DNA from: Akkermansia muciniphila
Lineage (GTDB): Bacteria; Verrucomicrobiota; Verrucomicrobiia; Limisphaerales; UBA9464
Direction of reading: 5' to 3'
Length of the DNA: 64,000 nucleotides
Assembly: GCA_945893185.1 (NCBI GenBank)
Contig: CAMDDW010000003.1
Location: forward strand, 43,119-107,118
Part shown: piece after piece, positions 1 through 8,898 of the stretch
How the letters are laid out: each line of letters begins with the position of its first letter
Numbering within the stretch: position 1 is the first letter of the stretch
Position numbers and translations under genes: made by a program
The notes under the pieces: generated by a model
The model's input: the letters and a program-made list of their open reading frames with translations, nothing else
Told to the model about the DNA's origin: nothing
The model's database searches: none

Positions 1-1
1 C

Positions 2-457
2 TCATACGCCTCCTTTCCGCTCCCGAGATTTCAGCGATCGAGATCCCAACGACCGGGATCCCGGCGATCGGCATTGCGATCCCACACAGCACTGGTCGGC
101 CGCGTCGCGCAAGGCCAGACGCCGCTCCAGGCGGGCATGATCCCGCCGCAAGCGCGCGTCGGTGGCCAACACCGACAGGAAGACCCCGAAAAAGGCCTCG
201 GTCACCGACTGGCCTAATGGCGTCAGCCGGTGGTAGCTCCATTTGCCCTCCTTGCGGGAGGCGCTCAGCCCGGCGTCGCGCAGCACCCGCAAGTGGGTGG
301 ACAAGGTGGACTGCGTCAGGCCCAGCGCATCGCACAATTCGCACACGCACAACTCGCCCCCGGAGATCGCCCGAAGGATGCGCACCCGATTCCCGTCGGC
401 CAAGGCCGCGGCAGCGCGCACGAGCGGCTTGGCTAGCAGTGTTAAACGCATCGGCAT
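2..457 (-). CDS. arsR: ArsR/SmtB family metalloregulator
   Basis: ALADGNRVRIL...ELCVCELCDALGLTQSTLSTHLRVLRDAGL...RKEGKW winged HTH with CVCEL metal site; C-terminal CC pair. Confidence 0.9.
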   Translation of the reverse strand: MPMRLTLLAKPLVRAAAALADGNRVRILRAISGGELCVCELCDALGLTQSTLSTHLRVLRDAGLSASRKEGKWSYHRLTPLGQSVTEAFFGVFLSVLATDARLRRDHARLERRLALRDAADQCCVGSQCRSPGSRSLGSRSLKSRERKGGV

Positions 458-558
458 TGACCGATATGAAAAGCTGCAGCGCGTGAAGGTACAAGCTCTT
501 TGTGGTCCAGATTTCCTGCAGAGAAAGCGCAGGATTCCGGGCGGGAATCCGGACGGCC

Positions 559-1677
559 TCAGCGCCGTTTAGACCGCAATTTCAAGGCACGCCGCAACTG
601 CGGTTCGAGCCCATTGGCACACCATTGGAAGCCCAGCGAGTTAGGATGCACCCCATCCACCAATCCCGAACCCTGAGAGCGCGACAGCATTTCGAGCCCA
701 TCCACGAACACAATCTCACGGTCTCCCGCTTTCCTCCGAGCGGCCACGAACTCGCGCGCCGACTTGCGCTTGCTCTCTTGTTGGGCATGGAACGAAGCCG
801 ATCCCGCCTCGGCCGGAAACCAAAACGGGCCCGTGACCAAGATCGGCGTGCGCGGATGCCGCCGGCGCACCGTGTCCACGAATCCAGGCAAGGTCTCGCG
901 GTAGACTTCGGGCGACGGGTTGGCCCAGTAGTCGAGCACGAAGGCCTCCGCGTCGATCTCCGCCACCGCCTCCGCCACGGCCGGCTCCCCGAGACCCGCA
1001 CCACTGAAACCCAAGTTGATGAAGTCGAGGTTCAGCGACCGACCCAAGATGGCCGGATAGCTCAGGCCCGAATTCTCGGCACAGCCTCCTTGCGTGATGC
1101 TCGAACCATAAAACACCACCGGTCGGGGCCGAGCCATCGGCGTCGGCGCAGCCAGCGTAGCCCCCGGGTCCAGCATCAGACGCTCAATGCTCACCGCCTT
1201 GTACAACGGCAGATACAACGTCACCTCCCGCATCGGGCGTCCCTCGCCCAGAGCCCACTCTCTCTGGATCAACCCCTTCGCATCAGGCCAGGCGCTGTTG
1301 CGATACTGGCCGTCGACATAGAGGTCGAAGCCGTTTTGGCCGACGCTGGTCATGTGGTGCATCGTCGACGCGTCCGGGTTCTTGGCCACCAGACCGAGAC
1401 GGGTCGAATCGGTCCGGAAGCGCAAACGGGCTCCGGAAGGATGCTGGGCCAAGCCCCACACGGCCGGACTCACCCGGTCCTTCACCCGCTCCGGCAGCCG
1501 GCGCAACACCGGCGCATCTTCTGCGAACCACCCCAGCCCCGCGACTTGGATCGGATCGCTGGGAACCCGCACCGAACGCGCCTCGGGAATCTCCCACAGC
1601 GACGCCCCCAATGCGTCCGAGACACCCCATGCGCTCGTCAGGGCCAGCCACAACGCCATCACCGAAGGCCCGGCCAT
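559..1677 (-). CDS. SGNH/GDSL hydrolase with GxDLY N-terminal domain (start uncertain, 1659-1725)
   Basis: GFDLY, FYGSSITQG, NLGFSG and DGVHPN motifs. Confidence 0.85.
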   Translation of the reverse strand: MAGPSVMALWLALTSAWGVSDALGASLWEIPEARSVRVPSDPIQVAGLGWFAEDAPVLRRLPERVKDRVSPAVWGLAQHPSGARLRFRTDSTRLGLVAKNPDASTMHHMTSVGQNGFDLYVDGQYRNSAWPDAKGLIQREWALGEGRPMREVTLYLPLYKAVSIERLMLDPGATLAAPTPMARPRPVVFYGSSITQGGCAENSGLSYPAILGRSLNLDFINLGFSGAGLGEPAVAEAVAEIDAEAFVLDYWANPSPEVYRETLPGFVDTVRRRHPRTPILVTGPFWFPAEAGSASFHAQQESKRKSAREFVAARRKAGDREIVFVDGLEMLSRSQGSGLVDGVHPNSLGFQWCANGLEPQLRRALKLRSKRR

Positions 1678-1843
1678 CCGCCGCCATACTCGCAATACTC
1701 GACCCACCGCAATCCAGGGAGACATGGCATGAAGCTGATCCCCTCTGGCCCACTGCATCAACCCGGAAGGCGGGCTGCGCTTTCGGCGGAAAGGTCTCAT
1801 CCCCAGGGTTGCCAGAGCGCAATCTTGGCGCACATTGGGGTCC

Positions 1844-2353
1844 GTGAAAGCCGTCCTCCTCGCCATGTCCCTCTCTCTCTTTCCTTTCCTAGGCAACGCC
1901 GCCGAAAAACTCGCCGTCGGCGCCAAGGCTCCGGCCGTCACCTGCAACGATCAGGACGGCAAGCCCGTCGAGTTGGCCAAGGCCGGAGCACAGGGCTACC
2001 TCCTGGTGTACTTCTACCCCAAGGCCAGCACCCCGGGCTGCACCAAGCAGGGCTGCTCACTGCGCGACGCCTGGAGCCAACTGCAGAAACAGGGTGTCAA
2101 AGTCTACGGCGTGAGTACCGACAACGAATCGAACCAGAAGCAATTCAAAGACGAGCAGTCCTTCCCCTTCGCCCTCTTGGCCGACAAGGACAAGGCCGTG
2201 ACCGAGGCCTTCGGCGTGAAGAACCTCATCGGCATGGCCAGCCGCTCGGCCTTCCTCTTCAAAGACGGCGTGTGCGTGTGGGTGGATCCGAAGGGCTCGA
2301 CCTCCGATCAGGCCGAACAGGTGCTAAATTTTATCAAGACTCAGAAGCACTGA
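1844..2353 (+). CDS. bcp: Peroxiredoxin (BCP/PrxQ family) with signal peptide
   Basis: YFYPKASTPGCTKQGC motif. Confidence 0.9.
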   Translation: MKAVLLAMSLSLFPFLGNAAEKLAVGAKAPAVTCNDQDGKPVELAKAGAQGYLLVYFYPKASTPGCTKQGCSLRDAWSQLQKQGVKVYGVSTDNESNQKQFKDEQSFPFALLADKDKAVTEAFGVKNLIGMASRSAFLFKDGVCVWVDPKGSTSDQAEQVLNFIKTQKH

Positions 2354-2404
2354 CGGGAGTTTCGAAACGGGGGCACCCTCAAACACGGAGGTGAATTTTC
2401 AGGC

Positions 2405-2464
2405 CTAGGTGCATTCCTCGGCGCTTTCGGAGAAATCGCCCTACCTCGGAAGTTGCGCCTACCC
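2405..2464. repeat. Degenerate GTAG/CTAC-type REP-like elements between convergent genes
   Basis: TTCGGAGAAATCGCCCTAC and GCGCCTAC; resembles CGGAGATCGGTCCCTAC at 22.8-23.1 kb. Confidence 0.35.
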
Positions 2465-2472
2465 ATCCGGGC

Positions 2473-3432
2473 TCAGCGCGCACGCGGCGTGTCGGAGGTG
2501 GGGTTTGGCAAAGGGCGCACGGACGTCCCGCCTGCCCGCTGGGCCCACAAGTTGTCCACCGAGTAGAGGGCCAGAGCCGCCCAGATGAGCAAAAAGCTGT
2601 AAAGCCGCGTTCGGCTCAACGGCTCATGGTACACCCAGACCCCGAGGGTCAGCTGCAGGGTCGGGGCCACATATTGCATCACGCCCAAGGTGGAGAGGCG
2701 GATGCGTTGGGCCGCGTGAGCGAACAACAGCAGCGGGATGGCCGTGATCACCCCGGAACTCAGGATGAGCGCATGCGTGCCTGCATCGACCCGACCCAGG
2801 GCCCCGGAACCCTCGACGTGCCTCCACACCAAGAACCCCAGCGCCGCGGGAGCCAGCAGCACGGTTTCCACCGCCAAGCCCGGAATGGCCCCCAAGGCCG
2901 ACTGCTTGCGCAAGACGCTGTAACCACTCCAACTCCCCGCCAAGGCCAGCGTGATCCAGGGTACCCGACCCGCTTGGGCCACCATGGAACCCACCCCAAC
3001 CGCCGCCAGACCCAGGGCGATCCACTGCACCCGACGCAGCTGCTCGTGCAGCAAAAACCGACCGGCCAACACACTAAAGAGCGGCACCAGAAAGTAGCCC
3101 AGACTGGTTTCGACAATGTGACCCGTGTTGACGCCCCAGACATACACCAACCAGTTGGTCGTCAGCAGCAGCGAAGCCAGTACCAGCCGAGCAGCACCCC
3201 GGACCGTGGACAACGCCGCCATCGCCGAACCCCACCCTTCTCCCCGAACCATCATCAACAAGGCTAGCAAGGCCAGCGACCACAGATGCCGATGCGCGAT
3301 GAGTTCCAGCGAATCGATGGCCGCCAAGCGTTTCCAATAAAGCGGCACCAGACCCCAGAGCAGGTAGCAACCCAGCGCGGCCAACGCCCCGGAACGAGCC
3401 GAAGCCCCCGATGTCTCAACAGTCCCACGCAC
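2473..3432 (-). CDS. rarD: EamA/RarD family transporter (start approximate)
   Basis: YLLWGLVPLYWK, ETSLGYFLVPL, LSTLGVMQYVAPTLQ; multiple hydrophobic helices. Confidence 0.9.
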   Translation of the reverse strand: MRGTVETSGASARSGALAALGCYLLWGLVPLYWKRLAAIDSLELIAHRHLWSLALLALLMMVRGEGWGSAMAALSTVRGAARLVLASLLLTTNWLVYVWGVNTGHIVETSLGYFLVPLFSVLAGRFLLHEQLRRVQWIALGLAAVGVGSMVAQAGRVPWITLALAGSWSGYSVLRKQSALGAIPGLAVETVLLAPAALGFLVWRHVEGSGALGRVDAGTHALILSSGVITAIPLLLFAHAAQRIRLSTLGVMQYVAPTLQLTLGVWVYHEPLSRTRLYSFLLIWAALALYSVDNLWAQRAGGTSVRPLPNPTSDTPRAR

Positions 3433-3496
3433 CGCCCGACCCTGGGTCCAAGCCCTCGTCGCTGACAACCCCAGTCGCCGACCCCGCTCCGGGCTC

Positions 3497-3625
3497 TCAA
3501 TTCCTTCGACTGGCACCGTCGACTTCCACAGGGGTGAGAAAGACGTACAACCGGTTCTGGTGGATTCTGGAGGATTCAGATCGGAAGAAACGACCCAACA
3601 ACGGGACATCGCCCAGTATGACGCG
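3497..3625 (-). pseudogene. C-terminal fragment of a secretin (GspD/PilQ-like)
   Basis: ILGDVPLLGRFFRSESSRIHQNRLYVFLTP resembles the secretin C-terminal signature; the rest of the gene is absent. Confidence 0.6.
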
Positions 3626-3684
3626 CTGACCGCGATTCCTTTCAAAAGAGACCAGCCGCATCGCCGACCCCAAACGGCTCAATC

Positions 3685-3714
3685 AAATTCAGACATCGTT
3701 CCCTGACTCTATTT
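3685..3714 (+). repeat. Degenerate copy of the RAYT-end repeat
   Basis: AAATTCAGACATCGTTCCCTGACTCTATTT vs consensus AAAATCGGAAATCGTTCCCTGACCCCGTTT. Confidence 0.75.
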
Positions 3715-3744
3715 CCAGTCATACTTGAGACCCAAAAGGTCCAC

Positions 3745-4299
3745 TTACGCAGCGGATTCGTTGCCAAAAACGGATCTCGCGACTCGATCCAGACGGGTCA
3801 ATGAACGGACTTTCCCATCTTTCGCCGTAAAATCGATGGTACTCAAACGCTCACGCAAGATCGCTTCCGAGACCATTCCATGGCGGATCAACGATGCGAC
3901 AAAGCTCAAGTCTTTCTCCCTACCAGCGACGAGCTTGCTCACGGCCAAGTCATGGGGTTCGAGGCACCATCCGATGTTGCCTCTCGTGTTCTCGTTTTCC
4001 ACTCGCACGAGGCGTTCCTGCCAACCAATTGGCAAAACGGCCGTAGTTTCATCCACACCATGGGCGTAGTAGCCGAAGGTTTCATGGAACATCGACCGCT
4101 CTCCAATCGAGCCCTCGATGACGATGGAAAGTTCCGGGCGATCTTTGGGGAACACGTCTGCCTCCATCGATACGAGCAGGTCTTCCGGCGCATTGGGAAA
4201 AGCCCCCAGAATAGACTGGCTGCCAATCACCACGATTTCACGGACATCCGCATTGCCGGCAGCGGCACGGATGAGGTGTTCAAGCTGGTTGCGGTTCAC
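3745..4299 (-). CDS. DUF6036-like nucleotidyltransferase, putative TA component
   Basis: QLEHLIRAA...VVIGSQSILG...SMEADV...HDLAVSKLVAGREKD. Confidence 0.7.
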   Translation of the reverse strand: MNRNQLEHLIRAAAGNADVREIVVIGSQSILGAFPNAPEDLLVSMEADVFPKDRPELSIVIEGSIGERSMFHETFGYYAHGVDETTAVLPIGWQERLVRVENENTRGNIGWCLEPHDLAVSKLVAGREKDLSFVASLIRHGMVSEAILRERLSTIDFTAKDGKVRSLTRLDRVARSVFGNESAA

Positions 4300-4609
4300 G
4301 AGTCGGAAAGCGCTTCAAGATTTCGGTTCGCTCAGACACCGACAAGAGACCGGCAAACGGGCTCGATTGCCTGAGACGGGTAGCCCGCTGATCGGTGCTC
4401 AGCAGTACCGAGATCACTTCGGGCAGCGGCCGCTGGAGCAAGGTCTGCCACTCGATCAATACGGGGCGTACACCGGGGGAACAGGTCTTTAACCACCGAT
4501 CCAGATTCGCCAAACCGCGATCCACCAATGCGGGATTCGCCAAGAGCTTCTCCGCCGTCCTCTGGTCCATGGCAAGACTTCTGAGGTCGATATTTTGATG
4601 GTTACTCAT
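4280..4609 (-). CDS. Small conserved partner of the nucleotidyltransferase (putative antitoxin)
   Basis: 109 aa, overlaps the downstream gene, LRQSSPFAG motif. Confidence 0.6.
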   Translation of the reverse strand: MSNHQNIDLRSLAMDQRTAEKLLANPALVDRGLANLDRWLKTCSPGVRPVLIEWQTLLQRPLPEVISVLLSTDQRATRLRQSSPFAGLLSVSERTEILKRFPTREPQPA

Positions 4610-4857
4610 GGCTGCTCAGTGTGGTTAAACCCTGTTCCGTGGCATGGCAAGCGTCCAAGACTTGCCCCGACTGGAGACCGGCAGGAAACTGAATGCGTCG
4701 AGAGACCTTCCGATTTTTTGTGTCAGCTTCGGTTCTCGGCGACGAACCGCCCGGTTCCAAGCCTGTCCGGAGGCAATGCGGGTCTCCATGGAATCTGCGC
4801 CTACGGCATTTCCAAGCTCCCGCTTGTCGAGGACGGGCATTCCACTCGCGTGAAGAA

Positions 4858-4915
4858 ATGACAACCGTCATGGAGGCCTTATACGAGCAACGTTGGTTCA
4901 AACAACCGGCGTCCA
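4858..4915 (+). pseudogene. Truncated copy of the 7037 antitoxin N-terminus
   Basis: MTTVMEALYEQRWFKQP vs MKTVVEAVHEQGWLKPL, with a shared ~135-bp upstream region. Confidence 0.55.
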
Positions 4916-4992
4916 AGAGGCGAGGCTGGACGATCATGAACTGCTACCCGCCGCTGCCACGCCGAAGCCCGCACGGTTGCACGACGGGTAAA

Positions 4993-5313
4993 TCAGCGTG
5001 CATCCTCCTGAACTGGGTCTCCCAGAGACACGGTGTGGGTTTTCAAATCCAGGTGAAACGTCCTGACGTCGTCATGCTCCAGCCTCAATCGAACCGTGCC
5101 CGTCACTACAGTCCCCACAACCTGATAATTGAGGACTTCCTGACCCACCTTTTTGACACCTCCAGGAGCGATCAAGTAGCGGTGGCCACCTCGCGGAAAG
5201 TAAGTGTCCGTATAGCCCTCAGGTAAGGCGTGTGTCCGGGGCAGCTGCATCACAACAAACAGCACGGCAACGAAAACAACTCCCACTGCGATGCTGAGAG
5301 TCTTCGATTTCAT
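4993..5313 (-). CDS. Hypothetical membrane/secreted protein (cassette gene)
   Basis: N-terminal hydrophobic helix; begins just after the attC core site GTTCGGC. Confidence 0.65.
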   Translation of the reverse strand: MKSKTLSIAVGVVFVAVLFVVMQLPRTHALPEGYTDTYFPRGGHRYLIAPGGVKKVGQEVLNYQVVGTVVTGTVRLRLEHDDVRTFHLDLKTHTVSLGDPVQEDAR

Positions 5314-5328
5314 GGCGCGTGCAAAGTG

Positions 5329-5396
5329 GCCGAACAACCAAACTCAGCGACGGCCTCGGCCGTGGTGGTGGTGCGCACGTTGCGCTCGGGTTAGGC
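5329..5396 (-). other. attC site
   Basis: Minus strand GCCTAAC...GCTGAGTTTGGTT-GTTCGGC, 68 bp, between two co-oriented small ORFs. Confidence 0.65.
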
Positions 5397-5405
5397 GCGC
5401 AGGGC

Positions 5406-5663
5406 TTATCGAACGCTGCGTCTAAAACCCCGCCATACCGTCCTAACCTCTTCTCGCAGGCCACCGACGAACCACCCCATGACGCTACCCAGGGCCGCCG
5501 GCAAATAAAACGCGACGAACAAGGCCAACGAGACCAAACCGACAATGGGAATGAACGCAGCCAGTAGAAAAATTAACGCGACAACCAGCCACGCGACTAG
5601 CCCCGGTCTTCGCCGTCTGCTTTCCAGCGGTCCCCTGAACCGGATTGGATATTGTGTATTCAT
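5406..5663 (-). CDS. Hypothetical small membrane protein (cassette gene)
   Basis: Two hydrophobic segments; lies between an attI-like site and an attC. Confidence 0.6.
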   Translation of the reverse strand: MNTQYPIRFRGPLESRRRRPGLVAWLVVALIFLLAAFIPIVGLVSLALFVAFYLPAALGSVMGWFVGGLREEVRTVWRGFRRSVR

Positions 5664-5677
5664 CAGCGTCTCAAGTC

Positions 5678-5957
5678 GCATCACGTTGTAGGGGCCACCT
5701 CAAAGCAACCTAATTACTTAACTGGTCGAATCTGTCAACGTCCCCGCTGGGCGGCAACAGGAATCTCTCCTCCCTCATCGATGAGCGGGTTAGGCCCGGC
5801 GTTTGGCAAGGCTCTGACAAAACCTCACTAGCCGTCAGGCACCGGAGAAACTACAAGTTCATTGTGTCAGAGTGGGCATCGATCCAGGTCCCACTTACAA
5901 AAAAGGGGTGAATCCAAAATAAAAAATCGTTGCCTGACCCTGTTTCTGACCCCGTTT
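5678..5957 (-). repeat. attI-like site + linker + MITE-like module, copy A
   Basis: ~275-bp direct repeat of 11228-11505; ends in two CTGACCC repeat cores. Confidence 0.8.
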
Positions 5958-6002
5958 ACGATTCGTTGCCAAGAGCGGATCGCGTGACTCGATCCAGAGA
6001 GG

Positions 6003-6437
6003 TCAGCGAGAGGTCTGCCCATCGTAGAGCCTATCACGAAGGTCGGGGGCAAAGGCCGCGAAATGCCGGTAATTGAGAGTGTGGATTCGGTCCGCACCGC
6101 ATTTCCGGGCGGCTGCCAACAAGAGGACATCGTAGATGGCTCCGCCTCTGGCTCCCACGGAAGCGGCGGTCTTGAGCGCGGCCGCAATCTCAGCCGGGGT
6201 CAACGACACCAGTGTCAGCCGCTTAGCCACATTAACGTACACCATCTCCGCCGCGATCGCGGGAGTCAGGCGGGAAGTGATTCGACCGCCCGTCAGGATG
6301 GCAAAACATTCCGCCAAGGAATGGGTCGAGGCATATCCATCCCGGGTAGATGAAAGCGCAGCCAAAGCCGTCTCATGGCCGGATTCATCCTCGACCATCG
6401 CGGCCAGAAGACTGGAGCTGTCGAAAAAGTCTCTCAC
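6003..6437 (-). CDS. vapC: PIN domain toxin
   Basis: FFDSSSLLA...AIYDVLLLAAA...TLNYRHF. Confidence 0.85.
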   Translation of the reverse strand: MRDFFDSSSLLAAMVEDESGHETALAALSSTRDGYASTHSLAECFAILTGGRITSRLTPAIAAEMVYVNVAKRLTLVSLTPAEIAAALKTAASVGARGGAIYDVLLLAAARKCGADRIHTLNYRHFAAFAPDLRDRLYDGQTSR

Positions 6438-6685
6438 GGCCGCAATTCCCTCGTGGCCGCGATCGCTGCTACGGCATCGAAGATTTTGCCTGTGCGCGGC
6501 ACCACCATCAGTCCGGATTTGCGTCGCAGCTCCGGCCCGGGCGGCTCCACCGGGGTCAGTTCCAACCGGTTGCCCACCAGAGCGAATCGCAGTACCGATC
6601 CAGACGAGAGATGCAGCAGCCTGCGGATTTCCTTGGGGATCACCAGCCGGCCACTTCCATCCATAGTAATCATGGTATCAGTCAT
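6434..6685 (-). CDS. AbrB/MazE-family antitoxin (start uncertain)
   Basis: ITMDGSGRLVIPKEIRRLLHL; ATGA overlap with the PIN gene. Confidence 0.85.
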   Translation of the reverse strand: MTDTMITMDGSGRLVIPKEIRRLLHLSSGSVLRFALVGNRLELTPVEPPGPELRRKSGLMVVPRTGKIFDAVAAIAATRELRP

Positions 6686-6784
6686 GGCATCAGTCATGGC
6701 ATTGTTCATGGTATAAACCGTGGCACCGACTATGGCAGGTGGCAATCCTGCTCAATTCGTGAGTTGGAGATAAACCTCTTTATG

Positions 6785-6832
6785 CCCTCCAACGGAGTCT
6801 TCGATGACAATGAAAAGTTCCGGGCGGTTCTG
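6785..6832 (-). pseudogene. Short remnant of a second DUF6036-like gene
   Basis: QNRPELFIVIEDSVG vs KDRPELSIVIEGSIG; DNA similarity to 4101-4147. Confidence 0.5.
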
Positions 6833-7036
6833 CCGGCCATACGACCTGCGGCAGCGCGAGCAACTCCTGCGTCTTGGTCCACGCCTGCACGCTGCACATC
6901 GTCAGCTTCGGTTCTTAGCGAGGATCCGCACGGTTCCGAGCTTGTCTGGCGGCAATGAGGGTCTCCACAGAATCTGCACCCATGGCGTTTTAAAGCTCCC
7001 GCTTGTCGAAGGTGGGCATCCCGTTAACTTGCCTGC

Positions 7037-7252
7037 ATGAAAACCGTCGTGGAGGCCGTACACGAACAGGGTTGGCTCAAGCCATTGAAACCCCTGTTGC
7101 TGCCGGCGCACTCCCGCGTGCAGTTGACGTTGACGGCGGAGGCTGCTGAAGACGGCGGACGTCAAGAATGGCTCATCCAATCGGAGCGCTCGCTGATGCA
7201 GGTGTGGGACAACCCGGCTGACGATGTCTTCAATGTGCTGCTCAAGAAATGA
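7037..7252 (+). CDS. AF2212/DUF104-like antitoxin
   Basis: MKTVVEAVHEQGWLKPLKPLLLP...WDNPADDVFN; overlaps the mazF-like gene. Confidence 0.7.
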   Translation: MKTVVEAVHEQGWLKPLKPLLLPAHSRVQLTLTAEAAEDGGRQEWLIQSERSLMQVWDNPADDVFNVLLKK

Positions 7253-7478
7253 TGTCGTCCTGCTGCCGATCCCATTCACAGACCTCAGCCGCAGCAAGGT
7301 CAGGCCCGCCATCGTTGTGGGATTAGGTTCGTTTCCTGGCGACCTCTTCGTGGTTCCGATCACGTCCCAAGCGTTCAACTGGGATGTTCCCGTCAAGGAA
7401 TGGCAACTGTCCGGGCTCAACGTGCCGAGCGAAGTGAAAGCGCAACTGGCGACAGGACCCCGTTGGCCGGCAACCTGA
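7224..7478 (+). pseudogene. mazF: PemK/MazF toxin, C-terminally truncated by a repeat unit
   Basis: DVVLLPIPFTDLSRSKVRPAIVV...VVPITSQ; the last codons come from the repeat at 7457. Confidence 0.75.
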
Positions 7479-7517
7479 ATCTCTCTTCCCTTATCGATTA
7501 GAGTGAGTCAGGGGTCC
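7457..7517. repeat. ~60-bp GACCCC...GGGGTC linker unit, copy D
   Basis: Closely similar to 10390-10448. Confidence 0.8.
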
Positions 7518-7741
7518 TTTGAGTTGCCAATCCGTCGGGTGTTCATGGATGTCGGCCCGTATCGCGGGATAAACCTCGGTGAAACCGTCGTCTTATCGGC
7601 TGTCGTAGGCGTCCAAGCGTGCCCAAACTGGCTCGAATTCATCGTCCCAAGCATCGCACTGGACGAGAGCATCCATCTCGCGGGCTGCCCGGTTACGGGA
7701 CCTGTCCCGGCATCCATTGCGGTCCATCGACCGCTGTGATC

Positions 7742-7760
7742 AACTAGTCAAAGACTGGTT
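7742..7760. promoter_or_regulatory. Probable TA autoregulatory operator
   Basis: Near-palindrome AACTAGTC-AAA-GACTGGTT just upstream of the phd-like gene. Confidence 0.5.
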
Positions 7761-7778
7761 AATTTAGGAACAAACACC

Positions 7779-8042
7779 ATGGCCACCATCACCGCTTTTG
7801 AAGCCAAGACCCGGTTCGGCGAACTCCTCGACCGCGTCGGCCGCGGCGAGGAAATCGTCATCACCCGGCACGAGAAGCCCGTCGCCCGCATCGTTCCCGA
7901 AGGTCTGCGGAACCTAGAGCATGTTCGTCAGGCGGTATCGGCGCTGCACGAGGTCCGCCGCCGGATCGCCAGCCGGACCAAGGGACGCGGAAAGCTGTCG
8001 GACGCCGATGTCCGGTCCGCCATCGAAGAAGGACGGCCCTGA
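7779..8042 (+). CDS. Phd/YefM family antitoxin
   Basis: ITAFEAKTRFGELLDRVGRGEEIVITRHEKPVARIVP. Confidence 0.92.
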   Translation: MATITAFEAKTRFGELLDRVGRGEEIVITRHEKPVARIVPEGLRNLEHVRQAVSALHEVRRRIASRTKGRGKLSDADVRSAIEEGRP

Positions 8043-8458
8043 TGGACCGCCTGATCGTGGACGCATCAGTGGCCATCGCGTGGGTGCATCCCGGCCAGGC
8101 GACCCCGGAAACGGACGCGTTGCTGGCCGAGATCAACGAGGGTGCCATCTTGGTCGTTCCCGCCCTCTGGCCGGTTGAGACGGCCAATGCACTGGTGGTG
8201 CTCGAACGCCGGAAGAAGCTGACGGCGGAGGAGCGCGACGACGCTCTGGCCGCGCTGCGCGGACTGGCATTCGAAACCGACCATGAAATGTCGGTCCTGG
8301 CCTTCACCAAACTGGCGCAACTGGCCGCCGATAATGCCTTGAGCGTCCATGACGCCGCCTACCTAGAACTGGCCGTGCGCTTGAAGATACCCCTCGCCTG
8401 CAAGGACGGTCCGCTGCGCGAAGCGGCAAAACGCCGCCGGGTTCCATTGCTGCCCTGA
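8042..8458 (+). CDS. vapC: PIN domain toxin
   Basis: LIVDASVAIAW...LSVHDAAYLELA...LACKD. Confidence 0.92.
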   Translation: MDRLIVDASVAIAWVHPGQATPETDALLAEINEGAILVVPALWPVETANALVVLERRKKLTAEERDDALAALRGLAFETDHEMSVLAFTKLAQLAADNALSVHDAAYLELAVRLKIPLACKDGPLREAAKRRRVPLLP

Positions 8459-8822
8459 GGCGGGGCCGGTGGCGTAAGGTTTCAGTTCCGTGGCATACTG
8501 CGCCCCGGAGGACTGTCCATGTCGGTCGAATTTCGGGAGTGGAATGGATTGCGGATGAGGTTCTTAGCAGGCGCGTCCGAACCGGTGTGGCTGATGGCCG
8601 AAATTGCCCGAACTGCCGCAGGTCCCCGAAACAAACTTCAGACCACGATACCGCCGCCGTAGCCGGGAACCGCCGGTCTTCCGTGATTGAACAATTCAAC
8701 CGAGCACGGAGTTCCGGCGACGGTCATCACGGTCCCGAAGAGAAGGTTTGCCCGATGTCGCCCGTTTTCCGTTCCCGTTCGCGCGTTGCGTCCCCACGGC
8801 GAATTCACTCATCCCCGGGCTT

Positions 8823-8888
8823 GTTTAACCAAGGGTGTAGTTGCTGGCTTCGCTCCGCTTCGCAGCAATACACCCTTTATTGTTAGGC
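8823..8888 (-). other. attC site (last of the array)
   Basis: Minus strand GCCTAAC-AATAAAGGGGTGTATTGCTG...CAGCAACTACACCCTTG-GTTAAAC; long imperfect palindrome. Confidence 0.8.
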
Positions 8889-8898
8889 GATGGTCTCA

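Noticed and set aside
502-2394. 630-aa plus-strand ORF
   Set aside because: Antisense shadow of the SGNH gene, overlapping bcp; Arg-rich with no motifs.
4921-4985. Possible attC downstream of the 4993-5313 gene
   Set aside because: Only a weak right-arm likeness (…CATGATC-GTCCAGC) and no convincing inverse core; too degenerate to call.
8460-8822. Possible ORF-less fourth cassette
   Set aside because: No closing attC or credible ORF; treated as sequence beyond the last attC.
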